From contig BTWA01000003.1 in NCBI GenBank assembly GCA_045863295.1, positions 128,001-192,000 on the forward strand: DNA of 64,000 nt. The letters are read 5' to 3'. Within the stretch, counting starts at the first letter, position 1. The number at the start of each line of letters is the position of its first letter. This document shows, piece after piece, positions 8,391 to 18,292 of the stretch. This DNA comes from Candidatus Hydrogenedentota bacterium (GTDB lineage: Bacteria > Hydrogenedentota > Hydrogenedentia > Hydrogenedentales > SLHB01). The notes under the pieces are model-generated. The model was not told the origin of the DNA. It did no database searches and saw nothing but the letters and a program-made list of their open reading frames with translations. A program made the translations under genes and the position numbers.

Positions 8391-9869
8391 TTACGCAAGC
8401 AACTGCGGCACGAGTTTGCCGGCAACATCGGTGAGGCGGAAGTCGCGGCCTTGGTAGCGGTAGGTGAGTTGCTCGTGGTTGATGCCGAACAGGTGCAAGA
8501 GCGTGGCGTGGAGATCGTTGACGTGGACGGGGTCTTTGACGATGTTCCAGCCGATTTCATCCGTTTCGCCGATGATTTGGCCGCCTTTTATGCCGCCGCC
8601 GGCCATCCACATGCTGAAGGCGAAGGGGTGGTGATCGCGGCCCGTGTTGGGCGCGCGGCCGACACGGTTTTCGCCCAATGGCGTGCGGCCGAATTCGGCG
8701 CCAAACACCACGAGTGTTTCGTCGAGCAGGCCGCGTTGCTTGAGATCTTTCAACAAGGCCGCGATGGGTTGATCGCACATCATGCAATTGAACGCAAGGC
8801 GATCATCGATGTCTTCGTGGTGATCCCATGTAGCGTGGTAGATATTGATGAAGCGCACGCCGCGTTCCACGAGGCGCCGCGCAAGAAGGCAGTTCGAGGC
8901 AAATGAATTGAATTCGTCGGGGCCGCCGTTGCGGAATTTTTTCCAATGATCGCCTTCGGTGCGGTTCACACCGTACATTTCGAGCGTGGCGTCGCTTTCA
9001 TCGGACAGATCGATCAGATCAGGCGCTTCCAACTGCATTCGGCCCGCGAGTTCGTAGGACGCGATCTTGGCCATGATCTCGGGGTCGTGCGTTTGGTTGT
9101 ATCGCATCTGATTTAAATCGCGAATCGCGTCAAGCCCCGCGCGCTGGCAATCGTGCGGCAAATCGGCGGGGTTGCTGAGGTAGAGCACCGGGTCGCCCTG
9201 GTTGCGGAAGAGCACGCCTTCGTAGTTCGACGGCAGAAATCCGCTCGTCCAGTTCGATGCGCCGCCGCTCGTGCCGCGGCCTGAATTCAACACAACGTAG
9301 CCCGGCAGGTTTTCGGATTCGCAACCCAGGCCGTAGTTGATCCAGGATCCCATCGTGGGCCGGCCGAAGGTGGGCACGCCAGTGTTCATCATCAATTGGC
9401 CGGGGTGATGGTTGAACGCTTCCGTGTGCATGGATCGCACCAGCGCAATGTCGTCGGCGCACGTGGCGGTATGCGGCAGAAGGTCCGACAAATCCATGCC
9501 GCATTGCCCGTGCTTCTTGAACACGCGGTTGCAGCCCTTGAGCACGGCCGTTTCTTTTTGAATGAACGCGAAGCGTACCTTTTCCACCATGGAGTCCGGC
9601 AACGGCTGGCCGTCCAACTCGTTCAATTTGGGTTTGGGATCGAAGAGATCGATTTGGCTGGGCGCGCCTTCCATGAAGAAAAAGATGCAGGCTTTGGCCT
9701 TCGCGGGGAAGTGAGGCGTTTTGGGTGCGAGTGGATTCACGGCGTCCGCGTGTGCCAACAAGCCGTCGCTCATGAGTAGATTGGCCAGTGCGATTCCGCC
9801 AATGCCGCTCGCGGCAGAGGTCAGAAAGTGACGCCGGGATTGAAGCCTTTGTTCTTCGAATGGATGCAT
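8391..9869 (-). CDS. DUF1501 sulfatase-like protein, Tat signal
   Basis: SRRHFL, GAPSQIDLFDPKP, AFNHHPG, RPTMGSW..YGLG, NCLLARRLVERGVRF, WDHH, EFGRTP, GRDH, RLTDV. Confidence 0.93.
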   Translation of the reverse strand: MHPFEEQRLQSRRHFLTSAASGIGGIALANLLMSDGLLAHADAVNPLAPKTPHFPAKAKACIFFFMEGAPSQIDLFDPKPKLNELDGQPLPDSMVEKVRFAFIQKETAVLKGCNRVFKKHGQCGMDLSDLLPHTATCADDIALVRSMHTEAFNHHPGQLMMNTGVPTFGRPTMGSWINYGLGCESENLPGYVVLNSGRGTSGGASNWTSGFLPSNYEGVLFRNQGDPVLYLSNPADLPHDCQRAGLDAIRDLNQMRYNQTHDPEIMAKIASYELAGRMQLEAPDLIDLSDESDATLEMYGVNRTEGDHWKKFRNGGPDEFNSFASNCLLARRLVERGVRFINIYHATWDHHEDIDDRLAFNCMMCDQPIAALLKDLKQRGLLDETLVVFGAEFGRTPLGENRVGRAPNTGRDHHPFAFSMWMAGGGIKGGQIIGETDEIGWNIVKDPVHVNDLHATLLHLFGINHEQLTYRYQGRDFRLTDVAGKLVPQLLA

Positions 9870-9884
9870 CGATGCGGTACCTCG

Positions 9885-12800
9885 CTATTCCCGCGTTACA
9901 AATTCGTTCAGATTCATAATAACCCGCGCCAGCGCCACGTGGGCGGCGGTGTCGCACGCGTTGGGATCGTCCGGTTTCAACCCGCCGGCAAATTGCGCCA
10001 CCATTTCGCCGCCGCTGGCGAATGCCTGGCGTTGCTCGTTCAGAAAATCCACCAGCCGTTGAATCTCTTCCTCGGCGGGTTTCCGGCCCAAACAGGCGCG
10101 AAAAGCGTATTCAACGCGATCGCGGTCGTTGGGCTGGCCCGTCGCCAAGGTCTTTTTTCCGAGGGCCTGGGCGCACTCGAACAACACGGGATCGTTTAAG
10201 CGGTTCAACGCCTGAAGCGGCGTGTTTGATCGGTTCCGCGCGATCGCGGTCGTGTTCGAATTTGGGCAATCGAAATTCATGAGCATGGGATAGGGCACGG
10301 TGCGTTGAAAGAAGATGTACAGGCCGCGCCGGTATTTTTCCGGTCCGTTGTCCACCGCCCACTTTACCGAGTTGGCATAGCCCAGATCGGCAATCCCCTC
10401 GGGCATGTACGGCCTTACACTTGGACCCCCGACTTCAAGATTGATCAAACCGCTCGCGGCGAGATTAATGTCTCGAATGACTTCCGCCTCCACGCGGAAC
10501 GTGTTTTGCCGGGCGAGGAGTTTATTTTCGGCATCCGACTCGGCCAGTTCAGTCCGGTAGTGCGACGACTGCCGGTACGTGGCAGACGAAGTGATCAAGC
10601 GAATGGCATTTTTCACGCTCCAACCCTGCGCCATGAATTCGGTGGCGAGCCAATCCAACAATTCGGGGTGGGTGGGCTTTTCGCCCCGCACGCCAAAGTC
10701 CTCGGGGGTGCGCACCAGTCCTTCGCCGAACAGCACGCTCCACATGCGATTCACCTGCACGCGCGCGGTGAGCGGGTTTGCCGGGTCGATAATCCAGCGT
10801 GCAAGGTCAAGACGATCGGGCCGTTCGCCGCGCGCCTTAAACGGGTGTAATACGGCCATAGTGCCGGCCTGCACTTCTTCGCCGGGCGAAAGGAAATCGC
10901 CTCGCTGATGGATGAATGTCTTGGGCGGTTCAGGGTTTTCCGCCAATGCCTGCGCCTTTGTGTCGGGCTCTTTGGGGAGCGCTGCGCGCAAAGCGTCCAA
11001 CGTGGCAATGAGCCTTTTGATGTTCGGCTCGTTACGGCCGAAGTATTCAAGCACGGCCTTCTGCTGCACCTCAGTTCTTTGATCGGAAGGTGTACGCAGC
11101 GCCACATGTACATCATCCGGATACGGGAGCGCGGATGGCGGCGTCTTTGAATAGGACAACCGAAAACGGCCGATATTGTGCTCGCGACCGTAATTGAAAT
11201 CCATGACGAACGTCAGGACGGTGCCGTCGGTCTGGCCCACGTCCTTGTTTACGGCAAAGGTCGCAGTACGATTCTCGTTCATGTTTTCAGCGCGATAGAT
11301 TGCCCAGCCCGTGTTGAGATCGCCATCAATGGCATTGGCTGCACGCAAATCGTTTTGTTCAAAATCCGCCACTGGCTCGGACAGTTCATACTTCGTCTGT
11401 TTCGCCGGGTTGGGAATGGGCGATGCGTAGACCGCAAACTCACTCAGCACGAAATTTCCATTGTGGGCGCGGCCCGGGCCATTTCCCGGCAGGCTGGGAT
11501 CCGTGAGGGCTTCAATGCGGAAGCCTTTGATGCCGGTCTCTTGCGTCCGCACCACGACGGTATATTTATCGCGTCCCGATGCCGGGCCGGTGACCAGGAT
11601 AGACTTGTCTTCCTGCACGGCAAAGCTCGACCCCGATGCGGACAGAAAGCCCGAAGGTTCGAGTGCGGTCCAGCCCTGATCGGGCACCTCGAGAGATGCT
11701 TCCCATTCCGCGAGCTTTCCGGCGAGGGCTTCTCGCTGCTCCAGAATCTGCTTCTCGACCGACGCGATTTCCTTTTCGATTTGCGCTTTTGCCTGCACGT
11801 AGGTGGCCATTTCCCCATCGCGCAATGCGGGGATGTCTTGTTCCATGGCCGTATTGAAAAACGAGTACATCTGGTAGTACTCGCGTTGGGTGATGGGATC
11901 GTATTTGTGCGTATGGCACTCAGCACAGGCCATGGTCAGGCCCATTAAGGCGGATGCCGTTGTATTGATGCGATCTTTGGCTTGCGCCACTCGAAACTCT
12001 TCTTGATCGACACCGCCTTCGCGATTTGTCAGGGTGTTCCGGTGAAATCCCGTTGCCATGCGTTGCTCGGTGGTTGCATTAGGGAGCAAATCGCCTGCCA
12101 GTTGTTCAACGATGAATTGGTCGTAGGGCATGTCGCGGTTGATGGAATCGATTACCCAGTCCCGGTACCGGTATGCGAATGGTCGTGGCGAGTCCTTTTC
12201 GTAGCCATCGCTGTCCGCATAGCGCGCCAAGTCCAGCCAATGCCTCCCCCACCGTTCGCCGAAGTGCTCAGAGGCCAACAGGCGGTTGATCAGGCTTTCG
12301 TAGGCATACGGGTTGGTGTCGTTCACAAAGGCGTCGACGTCTTCAGGGGTCGGCAACAGGCCAAGCAGATCAAGATACAGGCGCCGGATCAATGTGGGAC
12401 GATCCGCCTCGGGGGCGGGTGAGATCCCCGCAGCCTCAAGCCGTGCAAGGACGAAGTTGTCAATGGGGTTCCGTGTCCAGTCCGGGCGGCTCACGCCGGG
12501 GACAGTCGGATGTGCAATAGGTTGATACGCCCAATGGTCACTGACAACCCGGGCATCGCCTTCGTCCTCGGGCCAAAGGGCGCCCTGGTCGATCCAGGAC
12601 TTGACGAGCGCGACCTGATCAGCGCTGAGCGGTTCGCCCTTGGGGGGCATGATGTCTTCGGGCCTCGCCCCACTTATCCTTTGGAACAGATCGCTATTTG
12701 CGCTGTCGGATGCTACCAGCACGGGTCCGGAATCTCCTCCGCGCATGGCATCGGCCTTGTGGTCGAGACGCAGCCCGGACTGCTGCTTTTCAGGACCGTG

Positions 12801-12968
12801 GCACGAGATGCATTTGGCGGCGAAGATTGGGGCGATGTCTCGTTGAAAGTCGACCATACCGGTGGGCGCGGCTGTTGCGTTTTCCGGAGGAGTATCGCCG
12901 CTCGACCAACTGGCTAGTGTGAAAGCGGTTAGACACCAAATACTTGCAGGCCACATGACGCTCTTCAT
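9885..12968 (-). CDS. PSD1/planctomycete cytochrome c protein (PSCyt1, DUF1549, DUF1553)
   Basis: CISCH and CAECH heme motifs, HWAY, NPIDNF, GERWGRHWLD.ARYAD, HKYDP, THPELLDWLA, SATYRQSS, TPLQAL. Confidence 0.93.
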   Translation of the reverse strand: MKSVMWPASIWCLTAFTLASWSSGDTPPENATAAPTGMVDFQRDIAPIFAAKCISCHGPEKQQSGLRLDHKADAMRGGDSGPVLVASDSANSDLFQRISGARPEDIMPPKGEPLSADQVALVKSWIDQGALWPEDEGDARVVSDHWAYQPIAHPTVPGVSRPDWTRNPIDNFVLARLEAAGISPAPEADRPTLIRRLYLDLLGLLPTPEDVDAFVNDTNPYAYESLINRLLASEHFGERWGRHWLDLARYADSDGYEKDSPRPFAYRYRDWVIDSINRDMPYDQFIVEQLAGDLLPNATTEQRMATGFHRNTLTNREGGVDQEEFRVAQAKDRINTTASALMGLTMACAECHTHKYDPITQREYYQMYSFFNTAMEQDIPALRDGEMATYVQAKAQIEKEIASVEKQILEQREALAGKLAEWEASLEVPDQGWTALEPSGFLSASGSSFAVQEDKSILVTGPASGRDKYTVVVRTQETGIKGFRIEALTDPSLPGNGPGRAHNGNFVLSEFAVYASPIPNPAKQTKYELSEPVADFEQNDLRAANAIDGDLNTGWAIYRAENMNENRTATFAVNKDVGQTDGTVLTFVMDFNYGREHNIGRFRLSYSKTPPSALPYPDDVHVALRTPSDQRTEVQQKAVLEYFGRNEPNIKRLIATLDALRAALPKEPDTKAQALAENPEPPKTFIHQRGDFLSPGEEVQAGTMAVLHPFKARGERPDRLDLARWIIDPANPLTARVQVNRMWSVLFGEGLVRTPEDFGVRGEKPTHPELLDWLATEFMAQGWSVKNAIRLITSSATYRQSSHYRTELAESDAENKLLARQNTFRVEAEVIRDINLAASGLINLEVGGPSVRPYMPEGIADLGYANSVKWAVDNGPEKYRRGLYIFFQRTVPYPMLMNFDCPNSNTTAIARNRSNTPLQALNRLNDPVLFECAQALGKKTLATGQPNDRDRVEYAFRACLGRKPAEEEIQRLVDFLNEQRQAFASGGEMVAQFAGGLKPDDPNACDTAAHVALARVIMNLNEFVTRE

Positions 12969-13108
12969 GGACGCCCTCTACTTTCAATCGCATGAAGCAA
13001 CACAGCACCGGACACGACTGGCCATTTTAGCATACGGGGCAAAATCCGGCAAAGCGATGGAAGCAATGGGCGCCATGGCCTGTTACACAATTCACACTGT
13101 TGAAGAAC

Positions 13109-14698
13109 TCAAATCTCTGCCAAGCTTGTGCCGAGTGGCGATAGCGAAATGGTCCTTTCGGCTTCCCGGTAGCGCAGTGTCACGGCCTCAGCTTGTTCCG
13201 ACAGATTCCATAGCAGCACGCGTTGGGCAGTGGGGTACCAGGCGCACACCACCGGTTTGTGGTCCATAACGACGGGAACATCGTGCAATTGGGGCAACGT
13301 GCGGTCTTTTAGAGCGTATACCCGGTCCAATTCCTCTGGCAAGGATTCCAACTCGGGTACAGAGGACGAGATGCGAGAGATGAGTTGAGTTCCTGGCGAT
13401 TTGATGGCGCCACGTTGCACCGCCCGGGCGTCGGCATCTCCCAGAAAGGTCCAGCCATCGGCAGCCAGTTCGCCAGTCACTTCGAAGGGAATCCCCGAGG
13501 CGAGAAACAGACTGTAGGGCTTGTCCTCACCTACATACCGCTCGGCTTCACCATGAAAATGCTTGAAAGGACCGTGCGGTGCGTGCCCGGCGACTTTTTC
13601 GTGTACCCTCTTTTGTTCTGCTATGGCGGGTGCCAGCACTGGCCAATACGATTCCGGAATCGGGGGCAGACCGGACATGAACAGGGTGTGCCGGACATCG
13701 GCAATTGTGGATACGGCGAGTTTGGCCGCCATATTTTTCGCGGATAGACTGTTCTCCGGGAAAATAGTCGTCTCGCTGAAAGCATCTTCCGGTTCAACAT
13801 GCCTGCGATGAAACAGTGCGCTGAAGAGTTCGTCCGTCTTGCCCTTTACCGGCGAAAAGCCTGCATCGTTGAACATGAGTTCGCCCACGCGAAAATGGGT
13901 ATCGGCGTAGTCCTTGAGACGAATGCCGGCTTTTTCCGATCCGAGGTACATTACCATAATCGATACCGTCATCGGAGCCGCCGCGGCTTGCTGCGTTCGA
14001 AACGAGGCGGTCAATTCATCGCAGGTGAATTCCACCCACGCGCGAACTATCGGCGAAAGATCACGCGCGCGCACGTCGGCGAGGAGTGCATGCCATTGTG
14101 AATCCGAATAGCCGTGTAGATTCAAGAAGCGTTGTTTATGGTCACCGCAAAAGCAGCCGCCAATGACTCCGGGCCCTACCGCCAATCGAAAGTCATCGTC
14201 GAGAAAAGCCTCGCGAAAGCCCTGTGCCCGAAGCAACTTCAGGGCATCCGCATTTTCCGCCGTGGCCGGTTCGTGGAGAGATGTTCCGCTGAACTGTTTC
14301 CCGTCCGGCTTGGATGCCATCTGCCAGTGGGCAGGCGGGGTCAGGGGTACGGTCTGCTCCCCGGTGGAACCCAGGGAGTCGCCGGGATGTCCCAACGGCA
14401 CCGTGGCGACTTCGGCTTGCAGGCCCGCCGCGAGGATCTTTTTGCGCCACTCGCCCAGTGCTTCGGGTAACCAGGGCCAGTGGCCGTAGAAATAACCGGC
14501 AATCCAGACCGTACCGATCCCTGCGTCGCGGTAGACCTGCAGGAGATGGGGATGCCGGGTAAGGGTGTCAATGTTGGAGCAGATATGAAAGTCGCGACCG
14601 CCTTGTGTCGAAGATGAATTGGCGTTTAACGCGGAAGGCAACAGCCATGGAATTGTGCCCGAAAGGTGCAAAAAGTCTCGACGAGACAGGCGGCGCAT
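13109..14698 (-). CDS. Tat-exported hypothetical protein, possible glycoside-hydrolase-like barrel
   Basis: SRRDFL signal; FLDDDF..., GCFC..H motif; 529 aa ORF. Confidence 0.7.
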   Translation of the reverse strand: MRRLSRRDFLHLSGTIPWLLPSALNANSSSTQGGRDFHICSNIDTLTRHPHLLQVYRDAGIGTVWIAGYFYGHWPWLPEALGEWRKKILAAGLQAEVATVPLGHPGDSLGSTGEQTVPLTPPAHWQMASKPDGKQFSGTSLHEPATAENADALKLLRAQGFREAFLDDDFRLAVGPGVIGGCFCGDHKQRFLNLHGYSDSQWHALLADVRARDLSPIVRAWVEFTCDELTASFRTQQAAAAPMTVSIMVMYLGSEKAGIRLKDYADTHFRVGELMFNDAGFSPVKGKTDELFSALFHRRHVEPEDAFSETTIFPENSLSAKNMAAKLAVSTIADVRHTLFMSGLPPIPESYWPVLAPAIAEQKRVHEKVAGHAPHGPFKHFHGEAERYVGEDKPYSLFLASGIPFEVTGELAADGWTFLGDADARAVQRGAIKSPGTQLISRISSSVPELESLPEELDRVYALKDRTLPQLHDVPVVMDHKPVVCAWYPTAQRVLLWNLSEQAEAVTLRYREAERTISLSPLGTSLAEI

Positions 14699-14790
14699 AA
14701 GGAATCTCCCAGGGGGGCAGGCTGACTTACCTCAGCATCACACAACACATTGCCGGTTCAGGTCAAATTCGAAGGTGTGGCGTTCACAAA

Positions 14791-14824
14791 CGAAAAGTGG
14801 CCTCCCCCGCGAGCGGGGGAGGCC
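14791..14824 (-). terminator. Rho-independent terminator of the BON gene
   Basis: GGCCTCCCCCG-loop-CGGGGGAGGCC followed on the minus strand by ACTTTTCG. Confidence 0.75.
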
Positions 14825-14866
14825 TATGTCAAAAGCACGCTCCAAACGGACTTAAGTTAGAGTCCA

Positions 14867-15688
14867 TCAAGCGCCCTCAAGAACCAATTCATTGGTCACT
14901 GCCGAGATCCCGTCCGTCACTTTCGCGATGGATTCCGCGAGGTCTTTCTGATGTACGGTGGCCACTTTTCCGGTCAACACGCAGACTCCGTGGTCCACTT
15001 CGACGTCGATGTCGTAGATGCTAAGGTCTTTGCTCCACATAATGGAACTCTCCACCATCTTCTCTGCGAACTCATCCGAAATTTCAGTAGTTACGGTCTC
15101 CGTGACCGTATCGGCCTCTGCGGCCACTTGCGTTTTTCCTACGGTGAGTTGCGAGTCTACTGCACCCACTCCTGAAGTATCGGAGACTATCTTCTCAACG
15201 GTTTCCTTCTTTTCCGGACTCTCCACGTCCCCTTTCAGGGTCACTTCTCCCGCGTTCACATCGATATTCAACAGGGCGTCGTCAATGCCGCTGTGATAAG
15301 CGAGGCGGCGCCGGATTCGCGAGTTTAGTGCGGCGTCTTCGACGCTCTGGCGCCATTCCGCGTTTGTCGTGTTGATCTCCACGGAGCGATCGACGTTCAG
15401 GTTGTTCACGACAGATTTCACGTCCTTTACGGTCAACGCCAGACGCTCGGCAAGATCCTTGTCTGCTTCTTCTTGCACCGTGCCTGTGAGGGAGACTACA
15501 CCTTCGTTTGTGGTGGTATTGATCTTAAAAGGATTCAGATCTCCATTCAGCAGGAACATGGTCTCGATGCGCGCGGTGATGACCGTATCCTTCAGGGGTT
15601 GATCGCTGTTCGGTGTCTGCGCACCGGCACTTGCAACGCATAGGCTGAGGACCAGCACGGCAATTGCCGCGATTGGCAAGGTCTTCAT
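14867..15688 (-). CDS. OsmY-like secreted protein with three BON domains
   Basis: Signal peptide; three repeats of D..I...I...G.V.L.G.V......A......GV..V.N.L. Confidence 0.9.
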   Translation of the reverse strand: MKTLPIAAIAVLVLSLCVASAGAQTPNSDQPLKDTVITARIETMFLLNGDLNPFKINTTTNEGVVSLTGTVQEEADKDLAERLALTVKDVKSVVNNLNVDRSVEINTTNAEWRQSVEDAALNSRIRRRLAYHSGIDDALLNIDVNAGEVTLKGDVESPEKKETVEKIVSDTSGVGAVDSQLTVGKTQVAAEADTVTETVTTEISDEFAEKMVESSIMWSKDLSIYDIDVEVDHGVCVLTGKVATVHQKDLAESIAKVTDGISAVTNELVLEGA

Positions 15689-15759
15689 GGCAGTACTCCC
15701 AAGTTTTGTGAATGGCCTGCATTGATCCGAACGTCTGAGGTCTCATCCGGACCGCTTGG

Positions 15760-15787
15760 TTAGACTATAGAACCTGGGACACTTTCC
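15760..15787 (-). promoter_or_regulatory. ECF-sigma-type promoter for the BON gene
   Basis: Minus strand GGAAAG-N16-GTCTAA. Confidence 0.45.
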
Positions 15788-15863
15788 GGGCATCGGAGAA
15801 AGGACTGTTCGTGTGTAGGATGAGGGCTATACCCAATCATTTGGGCGAAAATTCAGGCAGGAT

Positions 15864-17525
15864 TCATTCGCCGGACACGATGAGATCGAATTTCATCCGG
15901 TTGTACTGCCGCCGGTAAAACGTGTTTGTCACCAGACCCAGCAAAGTAAGGCCTGTAATGCAACCTGCGGACACCCACGCATTTGGAACGGCAACGGCGC
16001 CGACGGCCAACGCAAATGCCATAACCGTGGACAGCACCAGGGCAAAGGTGTGTAACCGGAATCGCTGAGTATCATTCGTGCCGGACGATACACAGAAAAT
16101 AAACACAATCGGTTGTGCTGCCGCCGCGACGAGCTGGATTTTGACCGGCATCCACGCCGCACCGTCCGGCACTTTGGCTGAATAGAGTGAGAGAATGAAT
16201 CCGGTTGCGGCGGCCACAGGCAGTGCCAACAGACACCGGTATAGATTGTATTTCATGAACACGGATCGAAACTGGTCATAGCCAATCGGAAGGTGCGCAT
16301 AGGCCGGCACCTTTACCCCGAAATTCTGTATCGCATTTGTTCCTGGCCAGCTTCCACCCAGCCAAGGCAGTAATGAAAACCCGCCGGCCACAAACAACAT
16401 GGAACCAACCCAGATAAGCCAGTTGATATTGGAAAGAACCAATGGGAAACCCGCGGCAATACATACGACACCCACGGTGAGTTTTCTCGATATTTCCGGC
16501 TTGCCGCACAACATGAACTCCACCACGACCCTTTCTTCCTCGGTCATCCATCGGCCCACAACGCGGTCGAGAAAGGGGAGATCGTGCCAATTCATGGATA
16601 CGCTGAGCGTGTTTTCCCGGATTTCGTCTTCTAATCCGTTCCGTATTTCATCCGGTTGATACGGATAATCCAAGACTTCGTCTTGTTCTTCGTTAATGTC
16701 TTCTCCCGCGAAGAAGTCCCAAACCGGTGACACGTACGTTGCTTGCATTCTTCTCCACATTTGCACCGCAGCGGCTAGCAACAGAGCAATGGGTAGGGCA
16801 AAGTACATGCCTGTTGCATCGCCTTCGATAAGACTCTTCTGAATCAGGGTGTCGACCCAACCGTTGGGCAGAATGCGCGAGGTCCAGGGGTATGCCCGTT
16901 CAAGGTAGTGGTTTAGATCGGATGCGAGCGTGCCGCGGGCTACGATGAGCGATATGCCCAGGGCAACTACCGAAAGTGACACATAGAAAGCAACGCGAAG
17001 CAATTGAAGAAACACCAGCGCAATGGAAAGTGCGGTGACAATCGCTGCATGCAGCGCGAGGATAAATGGAAAAGCGAGCCAATACGTGTCGGGCGCGCTG
17101 GTGGAAACCCCAAATGCGATGAGCGGCGCCGCGACAAAAGCGAACATCAGTGTAGCCTGCCGAATGCCTACTTTCATTTGGCGTTTATACACTTCTCTGT
17201 CTGGGATGGGCAGGAGACTTAGGGCCGCAAGATCGTAAGACTGGTAGATCTGGTTCCAAAACAAACCGCCTTGGATCCATGCAATCAAAATGCCGTACAG
17301 CGCCAGCGCGGTTGACGCAGGCAATCCTGCTTCGATGCGAGTGGCAAAGATGCTGTAAATAACCATGAATACGCAGCAGAGAAAGAAGGCGATCGACGCC
17401 AAAATCTTCGCCTTTTCCGAGCGGCCGGAATTCATACGGGCGCGTTCCGCGCGCAGTCCGGGATCGGCATTGACGCGTTCGCGCACGAGGCGGCGCAGGG
17501 CCCGCTCGATCGATCGTTCTGTCAC
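15864..17525 (-). CDS. Polytopic membrane protein, putative ABC exporter permease
   Basis: Many TM segments, DL..L.LLPI motif; GTGA overlap with the ABC ATPase. Confidence 0.75.
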   Translation of the reverse strand: MTERSIERALRRLVRERVNADPGLRAERARMNSGRSEKAKILASIAFFLCCVFMVIYSIFATRIEAGLPASTALALYGILIAWIQGGLFWNQIYQSYDLAALSLLPIPDREVYKRQMKVGIRQATLMFAFVAAPLIAFGVSTSAPDTYWLAFPFILALHAAIVTALSIALVFLQLLRVAFYVSLSVVALGISLIVARGTLASDLNHYLERAYPWTSRILPNGWVDTLIQKSLIEGDATGMYFALPIALLLAAAVQMWRRMQATYVSPVWDFFAGEDINEEQDEVLDYPYQPDEIRNGLEDEIRENTLSVSMNWHDLPFLDRVVGRWMTEEERVVVEFMLCGKPEISRKLTVGVVCIAAGFPLVLSNINWLIWVGSMLFVAGGFSLLPWLGGSWPGTNAIQNFGVKVPAYAHLPIGYDQFRSVFMKYNLYRCLLALPVAAATGFILSLYSAKVPDGAAWMPVKIQLVAAAAQPIVFIFCVSSGTNDTQRFRLHTFALVLSTVMAFALAVGAVAVPNAWVSAGCITGLTLLGLVTNTFYRRQYNRMKFDLIVSGE

Positions 17526-18259
17526 GGCGGGTCTTCCTCGCTCAATTGTTGAAAGATATCCGCGAGCGATCCGGTTCCGCCTGTTTCACGATCTCGAAGC
17601 CGATCGATGGAATCGAAGGCGTAAACCTGTCCTTTGTGCAATACACAAATACGGTCGGAGAAGGTCTCCACGATTTCCAGTATCTGTGTGGTGTAGAGAA
17701 TTGTGCTGCCACGATTGGCGGCCGCCTGCGCGTGCCGACGGAAGGCCGCGATTCCCGCTGGATCCATGCCCGAGGCGAAAGGCTCGTCGAGTAGCCACAG
17801 TTCAGGATCGACGGCAAGCAACGCCACGAGAGCCGCCTTGTAGCGTTGGCCGCGGGACAGTTTGTTGAATGGCACTTCGGCCAGGGGAAGCAGGTCGAAT
17901 TCGGCCAGCAAGTCGGCCACCCGGCTACCCGAGCCTGCATCATCACGCCGGTACAGCCGAAGGGTAAGGGCGATTTGGCGAAGTATGGGCCACTCTTCGA
18001 TGACGACGGGGAAATCGGGAAGCACATTCAGCCGCCGCCGGAGATCCATGCGGTCACGCGTGAACAAGTCCCCATCCAGCATCACTTGTCCGCGGTCGGG
18101 GGCGAGTATGCCGGAGAGGCAACGCAAGAGCGTGGTCTTACCCGCCCCGTTGTTGCCGAGAACGGCTACGATCTGGCCGGGAGCGATTTCCAGGTTGACG
18201 TTGTCGAGCGCATAGATCTTTCTAAATCGCTTGGTAACGCCGAGGAACTCGATCTTCAT
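17522..18259 (-). CDS. ABC transporter ATP-binding protein
   Basis: Walker A GNNGAGKTT, LSRGQ signature, LLDEP; H-loop reads TTQ. Confidence 0.93.
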   Translation of the reverse strand: MKIEFLGVTKRFRKIYALDNVNLEIAPGQIVAVLGNNGAGKTTLLRCLSGILAPDRGQVMLDGDLFTRDRMDLRRRLNVLPDFPVVIEEWPILRQIALTLRLYRRDDAGSGSRVADLLAEFDLLPLAEVPFNKLSRGQRYKAALVALLAVDPELWLLDEPFASGMDPAGIAAFRRHAQAAANRGSTILYTTQILEIVETFSDRICVLHKGQVYAFDSIDRLRDRETGGTGSLADIFQQLSEEDPP

Positions 18260-18292
18260 GCGCGCAGTCCGCTCCCTGGATGAGCGCTTTTA

